Below are positions 9,319-19,039 of a DNA stretch of 64,000 bases, piece by piece. How positions within the stretch are numbered: position 1 is the stretch's first letter; every line of letters begins with the position of its first letter. Made by a program: the position numbers and the translations under genes. The notes beneath the pieces are model-generated. The model saw only the letters and a program-made list of their open reading frames with translations, was not told the origin of the DNA and made no database searches. This DNA is from an uncultured Candidatus Actinomarina sp. (GTDB lineage: Bacteria > Actinomycetota > Acidimicrobiia > Actinomarinales > Actinomarinaceae). Where the stretch lies: positions 160,001 through 224,000 of the forward strand of contig CACPJC010000001.1 of assembly GCA_902634185.1 (NCBI GenBank). Reading direction: 5' to 3'.

Positions 9319-10896
9319 TTAGCCTCCGAACGCTTTAGATACCAAAGCAATAACTGCATCATTAGTTGCTCCAAATATAAGTTTTGGAAATACTCCTATC
9401 AGAACAGTGAGTATTACTAAAGGTATCCAAGCAACAAGTTCATAATTGTCTGCATCATGAAGCTCTTTATCTAACCATTCTTCTTTAGGCTCACCAAGAT
9501 TAACTCTTTGAAGCATCCATAGTAGATAACCTGCTGTTAAAACAGTTCCAATTGCACCTGCAACCATGGAGGATCTAAAAATTGTAATATTTAAACCAGG
9601 TAATGGATTGTATGCTCCAAGGAGAGCCATAAATTCTCCCCAAAATCCTGCCAATCCAGGTAAGCCAAGTGACGCCATAGCTGTAAAAGCTAAAATAGCT
9701 CCAGTCTTTGGAAGAAGTTTCATATTTCCACCTAATCTTCCCATGTCTCTAGTGTGATAAGTATGTGCCATAGAACCAGAAACAAAGAATAATAAACCAG
9801 TAATTATTCCGTGGGCAACCATTCCAATCATTGCAGCATTAATACCTATTGAGGTTAGTGAAGATATCCCAAGCATTACAAAGCCCATATGTCCTACTGA
9901 AGAAAATGCAATCAATCTTTTAAGGTCTGTTTGTGCCAAGCAAGCAAGAGAGCCATATATTATTCCAATTGCTGACAGCACTGCAATAGCTGGAGCCCAA
10001 GCAACAGCCTGTTCTGGAAGAATAGGTAAAGCAATTCTTACAAAACCATAGGATCCAAGTTTTAATAAAATTGCAGCTAATAAAACAGATCCAACAGTTG
10101 GTGCAGCTGTGTGTGCATCAGGCAACCATGTATGTAGTGGCCACATTGGTACTTTTACTGCAAAACCCAAGAATAAAACAGCAAAAACTAACGTTGCAAA
10201 TGTACCTGTGAATGCTCCACTAGAACCAAGCTCAATTAGTTCGGGAATACTAAATGTTCTATTTCCCCTGAAATATAAACCTAGGAATCCTAAGAGCATG
10301 AAAGCAGATCCAAATAAAGTAAATACAAAAAACTTAATACTTGCATAAAGTCTTGTTTCAATATCATTCTTAAGTCCAGAAACACTTCTGACAGTTTTAT
10401 CTCCCCAAATACCAATCATGAAATACATTGGTAGTAAAACAAGTTCAAAGAACACAAAAAATAAAATTAGATCTAATGCCACAAATGTACCATTCATTCC
10501 AGTTTCTAAAATTAAAATCAAAGACATCATTCCTTTTGCATTTTTTGGTTCAGGTAAATGTTCAAAAGAATAAATAATTGCTAATACAGAAATGAAAGTA
10601 GATAAAAGTAATAAAGGTAAAGAAATACCATCTATACCTATTTCATAATTTGAATTAATACTACTAATCCATGAGACCTTAGTACCAAGCTGAAGGTCAC
10701 CAGCATTATTAAAATCAAATTGCAAGGCAACAATTAAACTTACTCCAAAAGTAAGAAGTGCAGATCCAAGAGTTACTAATTTAATTAGCATCTCTTGTTT
10801 CTTAGGTATTAAGAATATAAAAATTCCAGATACAAGCGGAAGAAAAACTACTATGGTTAAACCTAATCCACTCTCCAAAAAAGAAAAACTACTCAA
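9319..10896 (-). CDS. nuoM: NADH-quinone oxidoreductase subunit M (operon 1)
   Basis: VKVPMWPLHTWLPDAH, GLPGLAGFWGE. Confidence 0.97.
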   Translation of the reverse strand: MSSFSFLESGLGLTIVVFLPLVSGIFIFLIPKKQEMLIKLVTLGSALLTFGVSLIVALQFDFNNAGDLQLGTKVSWISSINSNYEIGIDGISLPLLLLSTFISVLAIIYSFEHLPEPKNAKGMMSLILILETGMNGTFVALDLILFFVFFELVLLPMYFMIGIWGDKTVRSVSGLKNDIETRLYASIKFFVFTLFGSAFMLLGFLGLYFRGNRTFSIPELIELGSSGAFTGTFATLVFAVLFLGFAVKVPMWPLHTWLPDAHTAAPTVGSVLLAAILLKLGSYGFVRIALPILPEQAVAWAPAIAVLSAIGIIYGSLACLAQTDLKRLIAFSSVGHMGFVMLGISSLTSIGINAAMIGMVAHGIITGLLFFVSGSMAHTYHTRDMGRLGGNMKLLPKTGAILAFTAMASLGLPGLAGFWGEFMALLGAYNPLPGLNITIFRSSMVAGAIGTVLTAGYLLWMLQRVNLGEPKEEWLDKELHDADNYELVAWIPLVILTVLIGVFPKLIFGATNDAVIALVSKAFGG

Positions 10897-10912
10897 TATT
10901 TACCACTCTCTC

Positions 10913-12931
10913 TCATAACACTAACAAAATTATTAAGCTAATAACTATCACTCCTATTAAAAAATACATTAAGTATTGTTGAGTTTTACCAGTTTGAATT
11001 AATTTGACTTTACTACCAATAGTGTCTGTACCTGTTGAGGATAAATTAAGTACCTTGTCAATACCTCCTTGGTCAAGATTTGTATATACAATTCCTCCTG
11101 CTTTTGAAGCAGTTGTCCCAACACCATTAACAAACCGATCAAGGACATTTGAATTAAATGAGTCAACAAATTTAGCAAAAGTTATTTTTACTGGATCAAT
11201 TATGAATTTGAAGTAGAAAAAATCTAAATAGTATTTATTTTCCAATAAATTCCATATTGGTTTTATTTTAATTTTTTCATCGCCGTCAGTTGCATTTCCT
11301 GAAATTTGATAGACGTAGTAGGCAAGTCCAATACCCAAAAGTCCGGATGTAAGACCACTGAACATAGCAACCAAATCAAATGATTCAGGATGATATTCTA
11401 CAATGTAATTTTTCCTGGTTGTAACCCATTTTGTAAATCCTGTATAAACACCAGGTATGTTTGCCCATCCTGCAACAATGGCAAAGCCTGATAATATTAT
11501 CAAAGGAATTGTCATCATTTTGTCAGATTCGTGAGGGTGTCCATCACCCCGATAGTCACCAAAAAATGTTAAAAGAACTGCTCTTGTCATATAAAACGCA
11601 GTGATAAAGGCTCCAAGAACTGAAATAATAAAATATAAATTATGCCCTTCATGATTGAGTGATGCGAGTATTTCATCTTTTGAGAAAAATCCAGCTAATG
11701 GAGGAAGTCCAGCAAGAGCTACAGTTCCAATAATGAAGGTTGAAAATGTTCTGGGCATTTCTTTCCTTAGGCCACCCATTTCAGACATGTTATTTGTGTG
11801 CACTGCATGAATTACCGAGCCAGCACCTAAAAATAATAAAGCTTTAAAAAATGCATGAGTCCATAAGTGAAAAAGACCTGCAGTGTATGCACCTGAACCC
11901 ATTGCCGTAACCATGTAACCAAGTTGACTTACTGTTGAATATGCAAGAACTTTTTTGAGATCATCCTGGACTACAGCAACTAATCCTGCTCCAAGAAGTG
12001 TTATTACTCCAAATAAAAGAACTATATCTAAGGCTTGTGAAGCCATTCCTTGGTAGAAAGGAAACATGCGGCCAAGAAGATAGACACCCGCGGTGACCAT
12101 AGTTGCTGCATGCATTAGAGCAGATACTGGTGTTGGTCCTGCCATTGCATCAGGTAACCATACATGAAGTGGAAATTGGGCACTCTTTCCCATTGCACCT
12201 ATAAACAGAAGTACTCCACCTAAATATGCTACGGTTTTGATATCTGCATAATCATGAGTTGATTGATACAATATCTCAGAAATTCTCAAGGTTTTTGTTG
12301 ATAATGCAAGAACAATGATTCCAATCATTAACCCAACATCAGCAATTTTATTAGTTATAAATGCTTTCATCGCTGCGGAAGAATTTTCCTTTTTTTCCCA
12401 GTAATGACCAATTAGTAGATAAGAACAAACTCCAACTAATTCCCAACCAATCAACAATTGCAAAAGTGTTGGAGAAGAGACTAAAACTAACATACTCCCA
12501 GCAAATAATGTGAGTGATGTAAAGAAGAAAGTATATCTTATTTCACCTTGCATATAATTTGTTGCATATATAAAAACTAAAGATGAAACAGTACCAACTA
12601 CGAAGTACATCATGATAGACAATCCATCTACGACCCAGCCAAACTCAAGATCATAAGAACCAATACTTCCTACGTTGATAAAAAATTCATTGGCGATTCC
12701 TTTTGTCGAATGCTCATAAAGTAAAGCTGCGCTAAATGAAAATATGAATAAAACTGTTCCTAAAGCAAGCTCTGCACCTTGTAAAGGGAGATATTTTCCA
12801 AAAAAAGTAATCAAAATTGCAGCTAAAAAAGGAAGTACAACAATCAACCAAGTAAATTCAGCGAGTACACCGCCATCAGTATATTCTGGCTTACCTTCAG
12901 CGAGTAAATTTATAAAATTCTGATTCACCAT
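10913..12931 (-). CDS. nuoL: NADH-quinone oxidoreductase subunit L (operon 1)
   Basis: KSAQFPLHVWLPDAMAGPTPVSALMHAATMV, HAFFKALLFL. Confidence 0.97.
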   Translation of the reverse strand: MVNQNFINLLAEGKPEYTDGGVLAEFTWLIVVLPFLAAILITFFGKYLPLQGAELALGTVLFIFSFSAALLYEHSTKGIANEFFINVGSIGSYDLEFGWVVDGLSIMMYFVVGTVSSLVFIYATNYMQGEIRYTFFFTSLTLFAGSMLVLVSSPTLLQLLIGWELVGVCSYLLIGHYWEKKENSSAAMKAFITNKIADVGLMIGIIVLALSTKTLRISEILYQSTHDYADIKTVAYLGGVLLFIGAMGKSAQFPLHVWLPDAMAGPTPVSALMHAATMVTAGVYLLGRMFPFYQGMASQALDIVLLFGVITLLGAGLVAVVQDDLKKVLAYSTVSQLGYMVTAMGSGAYTAGLFHLWTHAFFKALLFLGAGSVIHAVHTNNMSEMGGLRKEMPRTFSTFIIGTVALAGLPPLAGFFSKDEILASLNHEGHNLYFIISVLGAFITAFYMTRAVLLTFFGDYRGDGHPHESDKMMTIPLIILSGFAIVAGWANIPGVYTGFTKWVTTRKNYIVEYHPESFDLVAMFSGLTSGLLGIGLAYYVYQISGNATDGDEKIKIKPIWNLLENKYYLDFFYFKFIIDPVKITFAKFVDSFNSNVLDRFVNGVGTTASKAGGIVYTNLDQGGIDKVLNLSSTGTDTIGSKVKLIQTGKTQQYLMYFLIGVIVISLIILLVL

Positions 12932-13230
12932 TTCATTAAATCAAATTCATTAATATTGGCTGTTTCTCGATTTCTGAAAAGCATTAGAACAATAGCTAAT
13001 CCAATACCAACTTCTGCTGCTGCAATTGTGATAATAAATATTGAAAAAATCTGGCCATTTAAAAAAACATCTGAAAGCATAGCATTGAATGCAACAAAAT
13101 TTATATTTACTGAATTGAGAATCAGCTCAATTGAAAGTAAAACCATTACTGCGTTTCTTCTGACAAGAATTCCATAAATACCTATCGAGAACAAAGCTGC
13201 TGCTGCAATTAGTAATGGTTGAATGCTCAT
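12925..13230 (-). CDS. nuoK: NADH-quinone oxidoreductase subunit K (operon 1)
   Basis: IELILNSVN, AAAEVGIGLAI. Confidence 0.96.
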   Translation of the reverse strand: MSIQPLLIAAAALFSIGIYGILVRRNAVMVLLSIELILNSVNINFVAFNAMLSDVFLNGQIFSIFIITIAAAEVGIGLAIVLMLFRNRETANINEFDLMKW

Positions 13231-13745
13231 ATTTGGTCTTCGTCCATTAATGCATTATCTTTTCTCGCTAGTGTAATGCCACCAATTAAAGCTCCCAACA
13301 AAACAAATGAAACTAGCTCAAAAGGAAAGACAAATCTACTCAGTAAAATTTCTCCTAATAATTTAGTAGATGTTCCTTCACTAATAACAACTGTTGAGTC
13401 AAATGTTTGTAGAAGAATATATGTAAATATTCCAAAAATTGAAAGTGATATTACAGCAGCCATTAATTTATTTTGATCATTATCTAGTTCAGCGTTTGGA
13501 CCTAAAGGAGCTCTAGTGATCATCACACCAAATAAAAATAGAACAATAACTGCTCCTATATATACAAGTATTAGGACTAAAGCTACAAATTCAGCGGATA
13601 ATAATATGAATAAAACAGCAGTAGTAGCAAGAGTAAATACTAAAAATATTGCAGCGTGTATAACATTTGAAGTGGTAACAACTTTTACTCCACTTAGTAA
13701 TAGCAACAGCAAAAGAAAATATGAAAATATGTCTATTGCTTCCAT
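13227..13745 (-). CDS. nuoJ: NADH-quinone oxidoreductase subunit J (operon 1)
   Basis: LVYIGAVIVLFLFGVM, FPFELVS. Confidence 0.95.
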   Translation of the reverse strand: MEAIDIFSYFLLLLLLLSGVKVVTTSNVIHAAIFLVFTLATTAVLFILLSAEFVALVLILVYIGAVIVLFLFGVMITRAPLGPNAELDNDQNKLMAAVISLSIFGIFTYILLQTFDSTVVISEGTSTKLLGEILLSRFVFPFELVSFVLLGALIGGITLARKDNALMDEDQI

Positions 13746-14230
13746 TAGCTCTCTAAACCTGGACCTTCAGGAACTGTCTTTAACCATTCGTCAAGCCTGT
13801 CTTTATCATGGAGCATATCGCCCATAGAAAATTCTGAATATTCGTATTCCGGTGACCAGAACAATGCATCAAATGGACATACTTCAACGCATATCCCACA
13901 ATACATACAAAGTGCATAATCAATATCAAACCGATCGAGTACTGCCCTGCTTCTCTGACGTCCTCCTGGTTTTGAGGGAGGTTGTAGTTCTTTGTGACCC
14001 TCTATGTAAATACACCAGTCGGGACAAGATCTTGCACACAACATGCAACTTGTACATGCTTCAGAATCTAAAGCAATGACACCCCTAGTTCTCGGTGCGA
14101 GTATTTCTTTTTCAAATGGATAATTAACGTTAGGATTTTCAAAAAAAGGAAGAAGGGTTTTAAACATATTGCCAATAACAATTTTTAGTCCAGTTAAAAA
14201 TCCAGGAATCCTTGGTTTGAATTTTTGCAT
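13745..14230 (-). CDS. nuoI: NADH-quinone oxidoreductase subunit I (operon 1); start reassigned to ATG 14230
   Basis: Two CxxCxxCxxxCP motifs; TAATG coupling to nuoH. Confidence 0.93.
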   Translation of the reverse strand: MQKFKPRIPGFLTGLKIVIGNMFKTLLPFFENPNVNYPFEKEILAPRTRGVIALDSEACTSCMLCARSCPDWCIYIEGHKELQPPSKPGGRQRSRAVLDRFDIDYALCMYCGICVEVCPFDALFWSPEYEYSEFSMGDMLHDKDRLDEWLKTVPEGPGLES

Positions 14231-15210
14231 TAAAAAACAACTTTCATGATTGCTGTAGCCATTATATTCAAAAGAGATAGAGGTATAAGGATTTTCCAAG
14301 CAAGAGTCTGAAGTTGATCCTCCCTAAATCGTGGAAAAGACCATCTAATAGCAATGAGGATAAATGCTAGTAAAAATGTCTTTCCAATTAGAACCAATGG
14401 ACCATAAAAATTAACCCATTCTGTCGGTAAAAGTGGGACATGATAACCCCCCAAAAAAAGAGTTGAGGCAATCGCACACATTACAAATAAATTTATATAT
14501 TCAGAAATATAAAAAATAAGAAATCTAATCCCAGAATATTCTGTAAAAAAGCCCATAGTTAATTCAGATTCGCCAATTGGCATATCAAATGGTGTTCTCA
14601 TCATTTCAGCAGTTGCAGCAATCATAAAAATAATAAAAGCAATACCCTGTCCTGCTATTACAAAAGGAAAACCAAATTCAATCTGTTTTTCAACTATTCC
14701 AACTGTTGACATTGTTTCAGCTTGTATAACGACACCAACTACAGATAAAATAAGTGGCAATTCATAAGCAATAAGTTGACCTGCTGCTCTTAAGCCACCC
14801 ATTAGAGAAAATTTGTTTGCAGAAGACCATCCAGCGGTAAGGACTCCAATGGTGGAAATGGAGCTAATTGCAAGTAAAAAGAAAACACCCAGTTCCAGAT
14901 CACGAACAATTAATGTGGGACTTAATGGAATAATTGTGAATAGGCCTACTACAGCAGCTATAACCCAAGCTGGCGCCCACTTAAATACGGGTTCGTCAAC
15001 ATCATTTGGAATGATTGTTTCCTTTTGTAGATATTTTGCAGCTGTTGCGAGTGGAAATATAAAACCTCTTAAACCAACATGAAGAGGACCTGGTCGCCTT
15101 TGCATCCAGGCAGAACCTTTAACCTCTAGCAATGTAAGTCCTAAAGCCATAACTGGAGCTGTAGCTAAAACAACCAAAACTTTGATAAGCAACTCGGTAC
15201 TAAAACTCAT
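14230..15210 (-). CDS. nuoH: NADH-quinone oxidoreductase subunit H (operon 1)
   Basis: QRRPGP, GGLRAAGQLIAYE, RTPFDMP..ESEL, PRFREDQL. Confidence 0.96.
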   Translation of the reverse strand: MSFSTELLIKVLVVLATAPVMALGLTLLEVKGSAWMQRRPGPLHVGLRGFIFPLATAAKYLQKETIIPNDVDEPVFKWAPAWVIAAVVGLFTIIPLSPTLIVRDLELGVFFLLAISSISTIGVLTAGWSSANKFSLMGGLRAAGQLIAYELPLILSVVGVVIQAETMSTVGIVEKQIEFGFPFVIAGQGIAFIIFMIAATAEMMRTPFDMPIGESELTMGFFTEYSGIRFLIFYISEYINLFVMCAIASTLFLGGYHVPLLPTEWVNFYGPLVLIGKTFLLAFILIAIRWSFPRFREDQLQTLAWKILIPLSLLNIMATAIMKVVF

Positions 15211-16403
15211 CTGTCTACATCTCCAAGAACAAAATCTAAACTACCCATTATTGCTATCAAGTCAGGAAGCAAGGCCCCCTCAAGCATGATTGGCAAAATT
15301 GAAATGTTACTAAATGAAGCTGTTCTTATTTTTAACCTATAAGGTCCTAAACCACCTTCAGAAATAATATAATATCCCATTTCACCCTTTGGGTTTTCTG
15401 CTCTTACATATGTTTGCCCTTTAGGAACTTTTATAACTTTTGGTACCTTTGCTTGGATTGGTCCAGAAGGCATGTCTTCAATTGCTTGTAAAATAATTTT
15501 TGCAGATTCTCTCATTTCGGATGTTCTTACAGACCATCTATCAAAACAGTCACCATTTTCACCTATTGGTATTTCAAAATCAAATTTGTCATATGGTAAG
15601 TAATTTGATTGTTTTCTCAAATCAAACTCAACACCTGATGCTCTCAATATTGGACCAGATACTCCATACTCTTCGGCAACTTCTTTTGGTAATACACCAA
15701 CATTCTTTGTTCTAATTTGAAATACTTCATTTCCACCTATTAAATCTTCAAATCTATCAACAGCTTCAAGTACTTTTTGCATTGCAACTTTGGTATCGTG
15801 ATAAAAACCTGCAGGTAGATCCTGTATGTCTTTTTTTGTTGTTGGCCCAGCACCTGCGGCAGGTTTTACCCCACCGATTCGATTAAAGTTTGGATGAAAT
15901 CTTCCACCGGTAACTGATTCAAGCAAATCAAGAACCCTTTCTCGATCTTCCATAGCTAAAAATATAGGTGTAAGTGCGCCAATTTCGAGCGGGAAAGCTC
16001 CATTAAAAACAAAATGTGAACTTATTCTTGCCATTTCAGTCAAAATCAGTCTGATGTATTGTGCTCTTTCAGGTACTTCGATTTCCATTAATTTTTCTGC
16101 ACCAGCGATAAATGGAATTTCATTCGCAAAACCTGAAACCCAGTCAATTCTATTTACTAATGTTGTTACTTGTGGATAAGTTCTGACCTCTGCAAGTTTC
16201 TCATATCCTCTGTGCATATATCCAAGTACAGGTTCAACACTGGATATTTTTTCTCCATTAATTTTAGCTACTAACCTCAAAACACCGTGAGTCGATGGAT
16301 GTTGAGGGCCAATATTTAAAGTCATATCTTCTGTTTCTATTTCAACAGAAACTGATGCTTCAGATAAGATTGGCATATTGTTTGGATCCATTGTTTGAGC
16401 CAT
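15207..16403 (-). CDS. nuoD: NADH-quinone oxidoreductase subunit D (operon 1)
   Basis: GPQHPSTHGVLR, GYMHRGYEKL, ENPKGE, GDVDR C-terminus. Confidence 0.97.
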   Translation of the reverse strand: MAQTMDPNNMPILSEASVSVEIETEDMTLNIGPQHPSTHGVLRLVAKINGEKISSVEPVLGYMHRGYEKLAEVRTYPQVTTLVNRIDWVSGFANEIPFIAGAEKLMEIEVPERAQYIRLILTEMARISSHFVFNGAFPLEIGALTPIFLAMEDRERVLDLLESVTGGRFHPNFNRIGGVKPAAGAGPTTKKDIQDLPAGFYHDTKVAMQKVLEAVDRFEDLIGGNEVFQIRTKNVGVLPKEVAEEYGVSGPILRASGVEFDLRKQSNYLPYDKFDFEIPIGENGDCFDRWSVRTSEMRESAKIILQAIEDMPSGPIQAKVPKVIKVPKGQTYVRAENPKGEMGYYIISEGGLGPYRLKIRTASFSNISILPIMLEGALLPDLIAIMGSLDFVLGDVDR

Positions 16404-16963
16404 TAGCTACCTTCTTCTGAGACTACGATGTTATCTTCTGGCATACCTTCTACATCAACTTCACCTGGCCAAGGTTTAACTTCTCTACTTATCAACTCAA
16501 ATGATTTAAGTAGAGGATTCCCTTCATAAGCATCAGGAAGATAGAGTTTCTTTAAATTTGGATGGTTCAAGAAATTTATGCCAAACATTTCATAAGCTTC
16601 TCTTTCATGCCAGTTCGCTCCACCAAAAACTTCAACTAATGAATCAATCTGCGGATCATCTTTTGAAATCTTTGTAGATGATATAACTAAGTCGTCAGAA
16701 TTTGTTTTTGATAAACAACTTAATATTTCAAAACTTGGGGTTACTGGTTCTTTTGGTGCGTCGCCGGTCTTTACATCGTTATCCCAGTCAACAGCAGAAA
16801 GCCAATTAAAAAAATTTAAGTTAAATTCTACTTTCAATGTTTTATGCGTATCAACCCAAGACTGAGAATCTACTTCAATTTTTAATGTATCAAATTCAAC
16901 TGATGAATTTTGAAATTTACTTTGAATTGAATTTACGAATTCGTTTTGATCAGACTGGTTCAA
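16403..16963 (-). CDS. nuoC: NADH-quinone oxidoreductase subunit C (operon 1)
   Basis: [24 protein letters not shown]. Confidence 0.94.
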   Translation of the reverse strand: MNQSDQNEFVNSIQSKFQNSSVEFDTLKIEVDSQSWVDTHKTLKVEFNLNFFNWLSAVDWDNDVKTGDAPKEPVTPSFEILSCLSKTNSDDLVISSTKISKDDPQIDSLVEVFGGANWHEREAYEMFGINFLNHPNLKKLYLPDAYEGNPLLKSFELISREVKPWPGEVDVEGMPEDNIVVSEEGS

Positions 16964-17447
16964 TGTCTTTTTCTCTCCACTTTTCTTTCATATCTTCACC
17001 TTTTATTTTTTTCTGTAATAAAACTATTCCTTCTTGCAAAGCTTCCGGTCTTGGAGGACATCCGGGAACATAAACGTCAACTGGAATTAATTGATCTACT
17101 CCTTTTGTAACAGAGTAAGAATCCCAATACGGTCCCCCACTGTTTGAACATGAACCCATTGAAATTACATACTTTGGTTCCGGCATTTGATCATATAATC
17201 TTTTAACTGCTGGGGCCATTTTGTCGGTCACGGTACCTGCAACTACCATTAGGTCAGCTTGCCTTGGCGATGCAGGAAGTGGAATTATACCTAATCTCAT
17301 AAAATCATGTCTCGGTCCACTTGCTGCCATAACTTCAATGGCACAGCATGCTAAACCAAATTGAAAATACCACATATCATATGCTCTTGCCCAATTCAAT
17401 ATTTTAGAAATAGGCTTGGGAATTCCAAACTTTTCAATTACTCCCAT
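16950..17447 (-). CDS. nuoB: NADH-quinone oxidoreductase subunit B (operon 1)
   Basis: [23 protein letters not shown]. Confidence 0.97.
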   Translation of the reverse strand: MGVIEKFGIPKPISKILNWARAYDMWYFQFGLACCAIEVMAASGPRHDFMRLGIIPLPASPRQADLMVVAGTVTDKMAPAVKRLYDQMPEPKYVISMGSCSNSGGPYWDSYSVTKGVDQLIPVDVYVPGCPPRPEALQEGIVLLQKKIKGEDMKEKWREKDIEPV

Positions 17448-17803
17448 TTGAGGACATCCTTTCTAATGGCATATATCAAACCAAGTAAGAGAATAAAAAT
17501 AAAGATAAACATTTCAACCAAGCCAAAGTATCCAAGATTTTCAAGATTTAGTGCCCATGGAAAAATAAATACTGCCTCAACGTCAAAAATTACAAATAAT
17601 AAACCAAATATATAGTATCTAACATAAGTTTGGCTCCATCCACCACCTACTGGATCTACTCCGCACTCGTATGTTTTAACTTTTTCTGGAGTTGGTTTTT
17701 TGGGACTAAGTAATGCAGATACAGAAATAAATACTAGAAACAAGACAAGTCCGAGACCTATCATCGCCCCAACAGTAACGTAATCCTGAAAATAAGAAAT
17801 CAT
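17438..17803 (-). CDS. nuoA: NADH-quinone oxidoreductase subunit A (operon 1)
   Basis: [19 protein letters not shown]. Confidence 0.96.
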   Translation of the reverse strand: MISYFQDYVTVGAMIGLGLVLFLVFISVSALLSPKKPTPEKVKTYECGVDPVGGGWSQTYVRYYIFGLLFVIFDVEAVFIFPWALNLENLGYFGLVEMFIFIFILLLGLIYAIRKDVLKWE

Positions 17804-17879
17804 ATAATAACTTTAGTATGCTCTTAAAAAGTTTAGTTTTATTTCAAACTTCAGAGGAATTCTTTTGTAAAATTTTTTT

Positions 17880-18965
17880 ATGGATAAAAATAATTTTTTT
17901 CTAGATTCTCCAAATTTAACTGATCTTGTTCAGGTATTAATCAATAACATTTGTTCAGAAAAGATATTTAGTGTTAATCCAAAATTAGTTCTAAAAAAGT
18001 ACGATAAATCAATCAAAAAAATAAATTTTATTTTAGTTGATGGCTTAGGTAGCAAAAATATCGAAAATTTAGATAATTTATTTACCAATAACCAAACCGA
18101 TGAGATTGTCTCTACATTTCCCAGTTCTACAAGTGTTGCCTTAAGTTCTATTAATTTTGCTTCTAAACCAATAGATAATGGTTTGATTGGATATTTTCAT
18201 TTTGATAAACAGGAAAATAAATTAATCAATACCTTAAATTGGAAAGGTTCTGAGACTTACCTAAAAAATAATGATTTCTTCTCTTCCCAAAAAACTATTT
18301 GGAATATATTGAGTCAAAATAAAATTAATTTCAATGTTATTCAACCTAAAAATTTGATTGGTAGCCCTCTATCTGATCACATATATATGGGTGCGAATCA
18401 AATAGGCTATGAAAATTTAAGCGAGCTTGAAAATATTTTATCTTTACCCGAAATATTAGATAATCACTTTAATTACATATATTATCCAGTGATTGATGTT
18501 GCAGCACATATATATGGAACAAATAGTGACGAATGGCAAAATGAAGTTAACATCTTTTCAGATTTTTTATCAAGAATGATAAAAATAGATTCAAATAGAT
18601 ATACATGTATAACTGCTGACCATGGAGTTGTAAATATTGAAGACCAAAACAAATATAGACTTAAATATGATGAATCTGTAAAAATTTATGGCGATCAAAG
18701 AGCAGTATATATAAATGGGGAAGTTGAAAAAATTGAAAAAGTATTCAAGAACGTTCCAGGGTATTTTTTAGAAAAAGAAGAAATAATCTCTTTATTAGGT
18801 ACACCTACTAATGAACATATAGAGAATTTTTATCCAGAGCAAATTTTTCTTCTTGATGATGGAAACATAATTTTTCCAAATCATCTAAGTGCAAACTTAA
18901 AAGGCTATCACGGAGGAATTTCTAAGACAGAGGTCTCTATACCTTTGATTGAAATAATAAATTAA
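17880..18965 (+). CDS. Alkaline-phosphatase-superfamily protein (nucleotide pyrophosphatase/phosphodiesterase-like)
   Basis: LVDGLG, STFPSSTS, D...H, TADHG, GYHGG. Confidence 0.85.
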   Translation: MDKNNFFLDSPNLTDLVQVLINNICSEKIFSVNPKLVLKKYDKSIKKINFILVDGLGSKNIENLDNLFTNNQTDEIVSTFPSSTSVALSSINFASKPIDNGLIGYFHFDKQENKLINTLNWKGSETYLKNNDFFSSQKTIWNILSQNKINFNVIQPKNLIGSPLSDHIYMGANQIGYENLSELENILSLPEILDNHFNYIYYPVIDVAAHIYGTNSDEWQNEVNIFSDFLSRMIKIDSNRYTCITADHGVVNIEDQNKYRLKYDESVKIYGDQRAVYINGEVEKIEKVFKNVPGYFLEKEEIISLLGTPTNEHIENFYPEQIFLLDDGNIIFPNHLSANLKGYHGGISKTEVSIPLIEIIN

Positions 18966-18967
18966 TT

Positions 18968-19039
18968 ATGGTCTTGTCTTATATAGGTATGTTGTTTGTC
19001 TTAATTATGATGATTTTTCTATTTAGAAAAATAAAGTAA
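18968..19039 (+). CDS. Putative 23-aa single-TM micropeptide
   Basis: MVLSYIGMLFVLIMMIFLFRKIK; fills the gap between two convergent stop codons. Confidence 0.4.
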   Translation: MVLSYIGMLFVLIMMIFLFRKIK

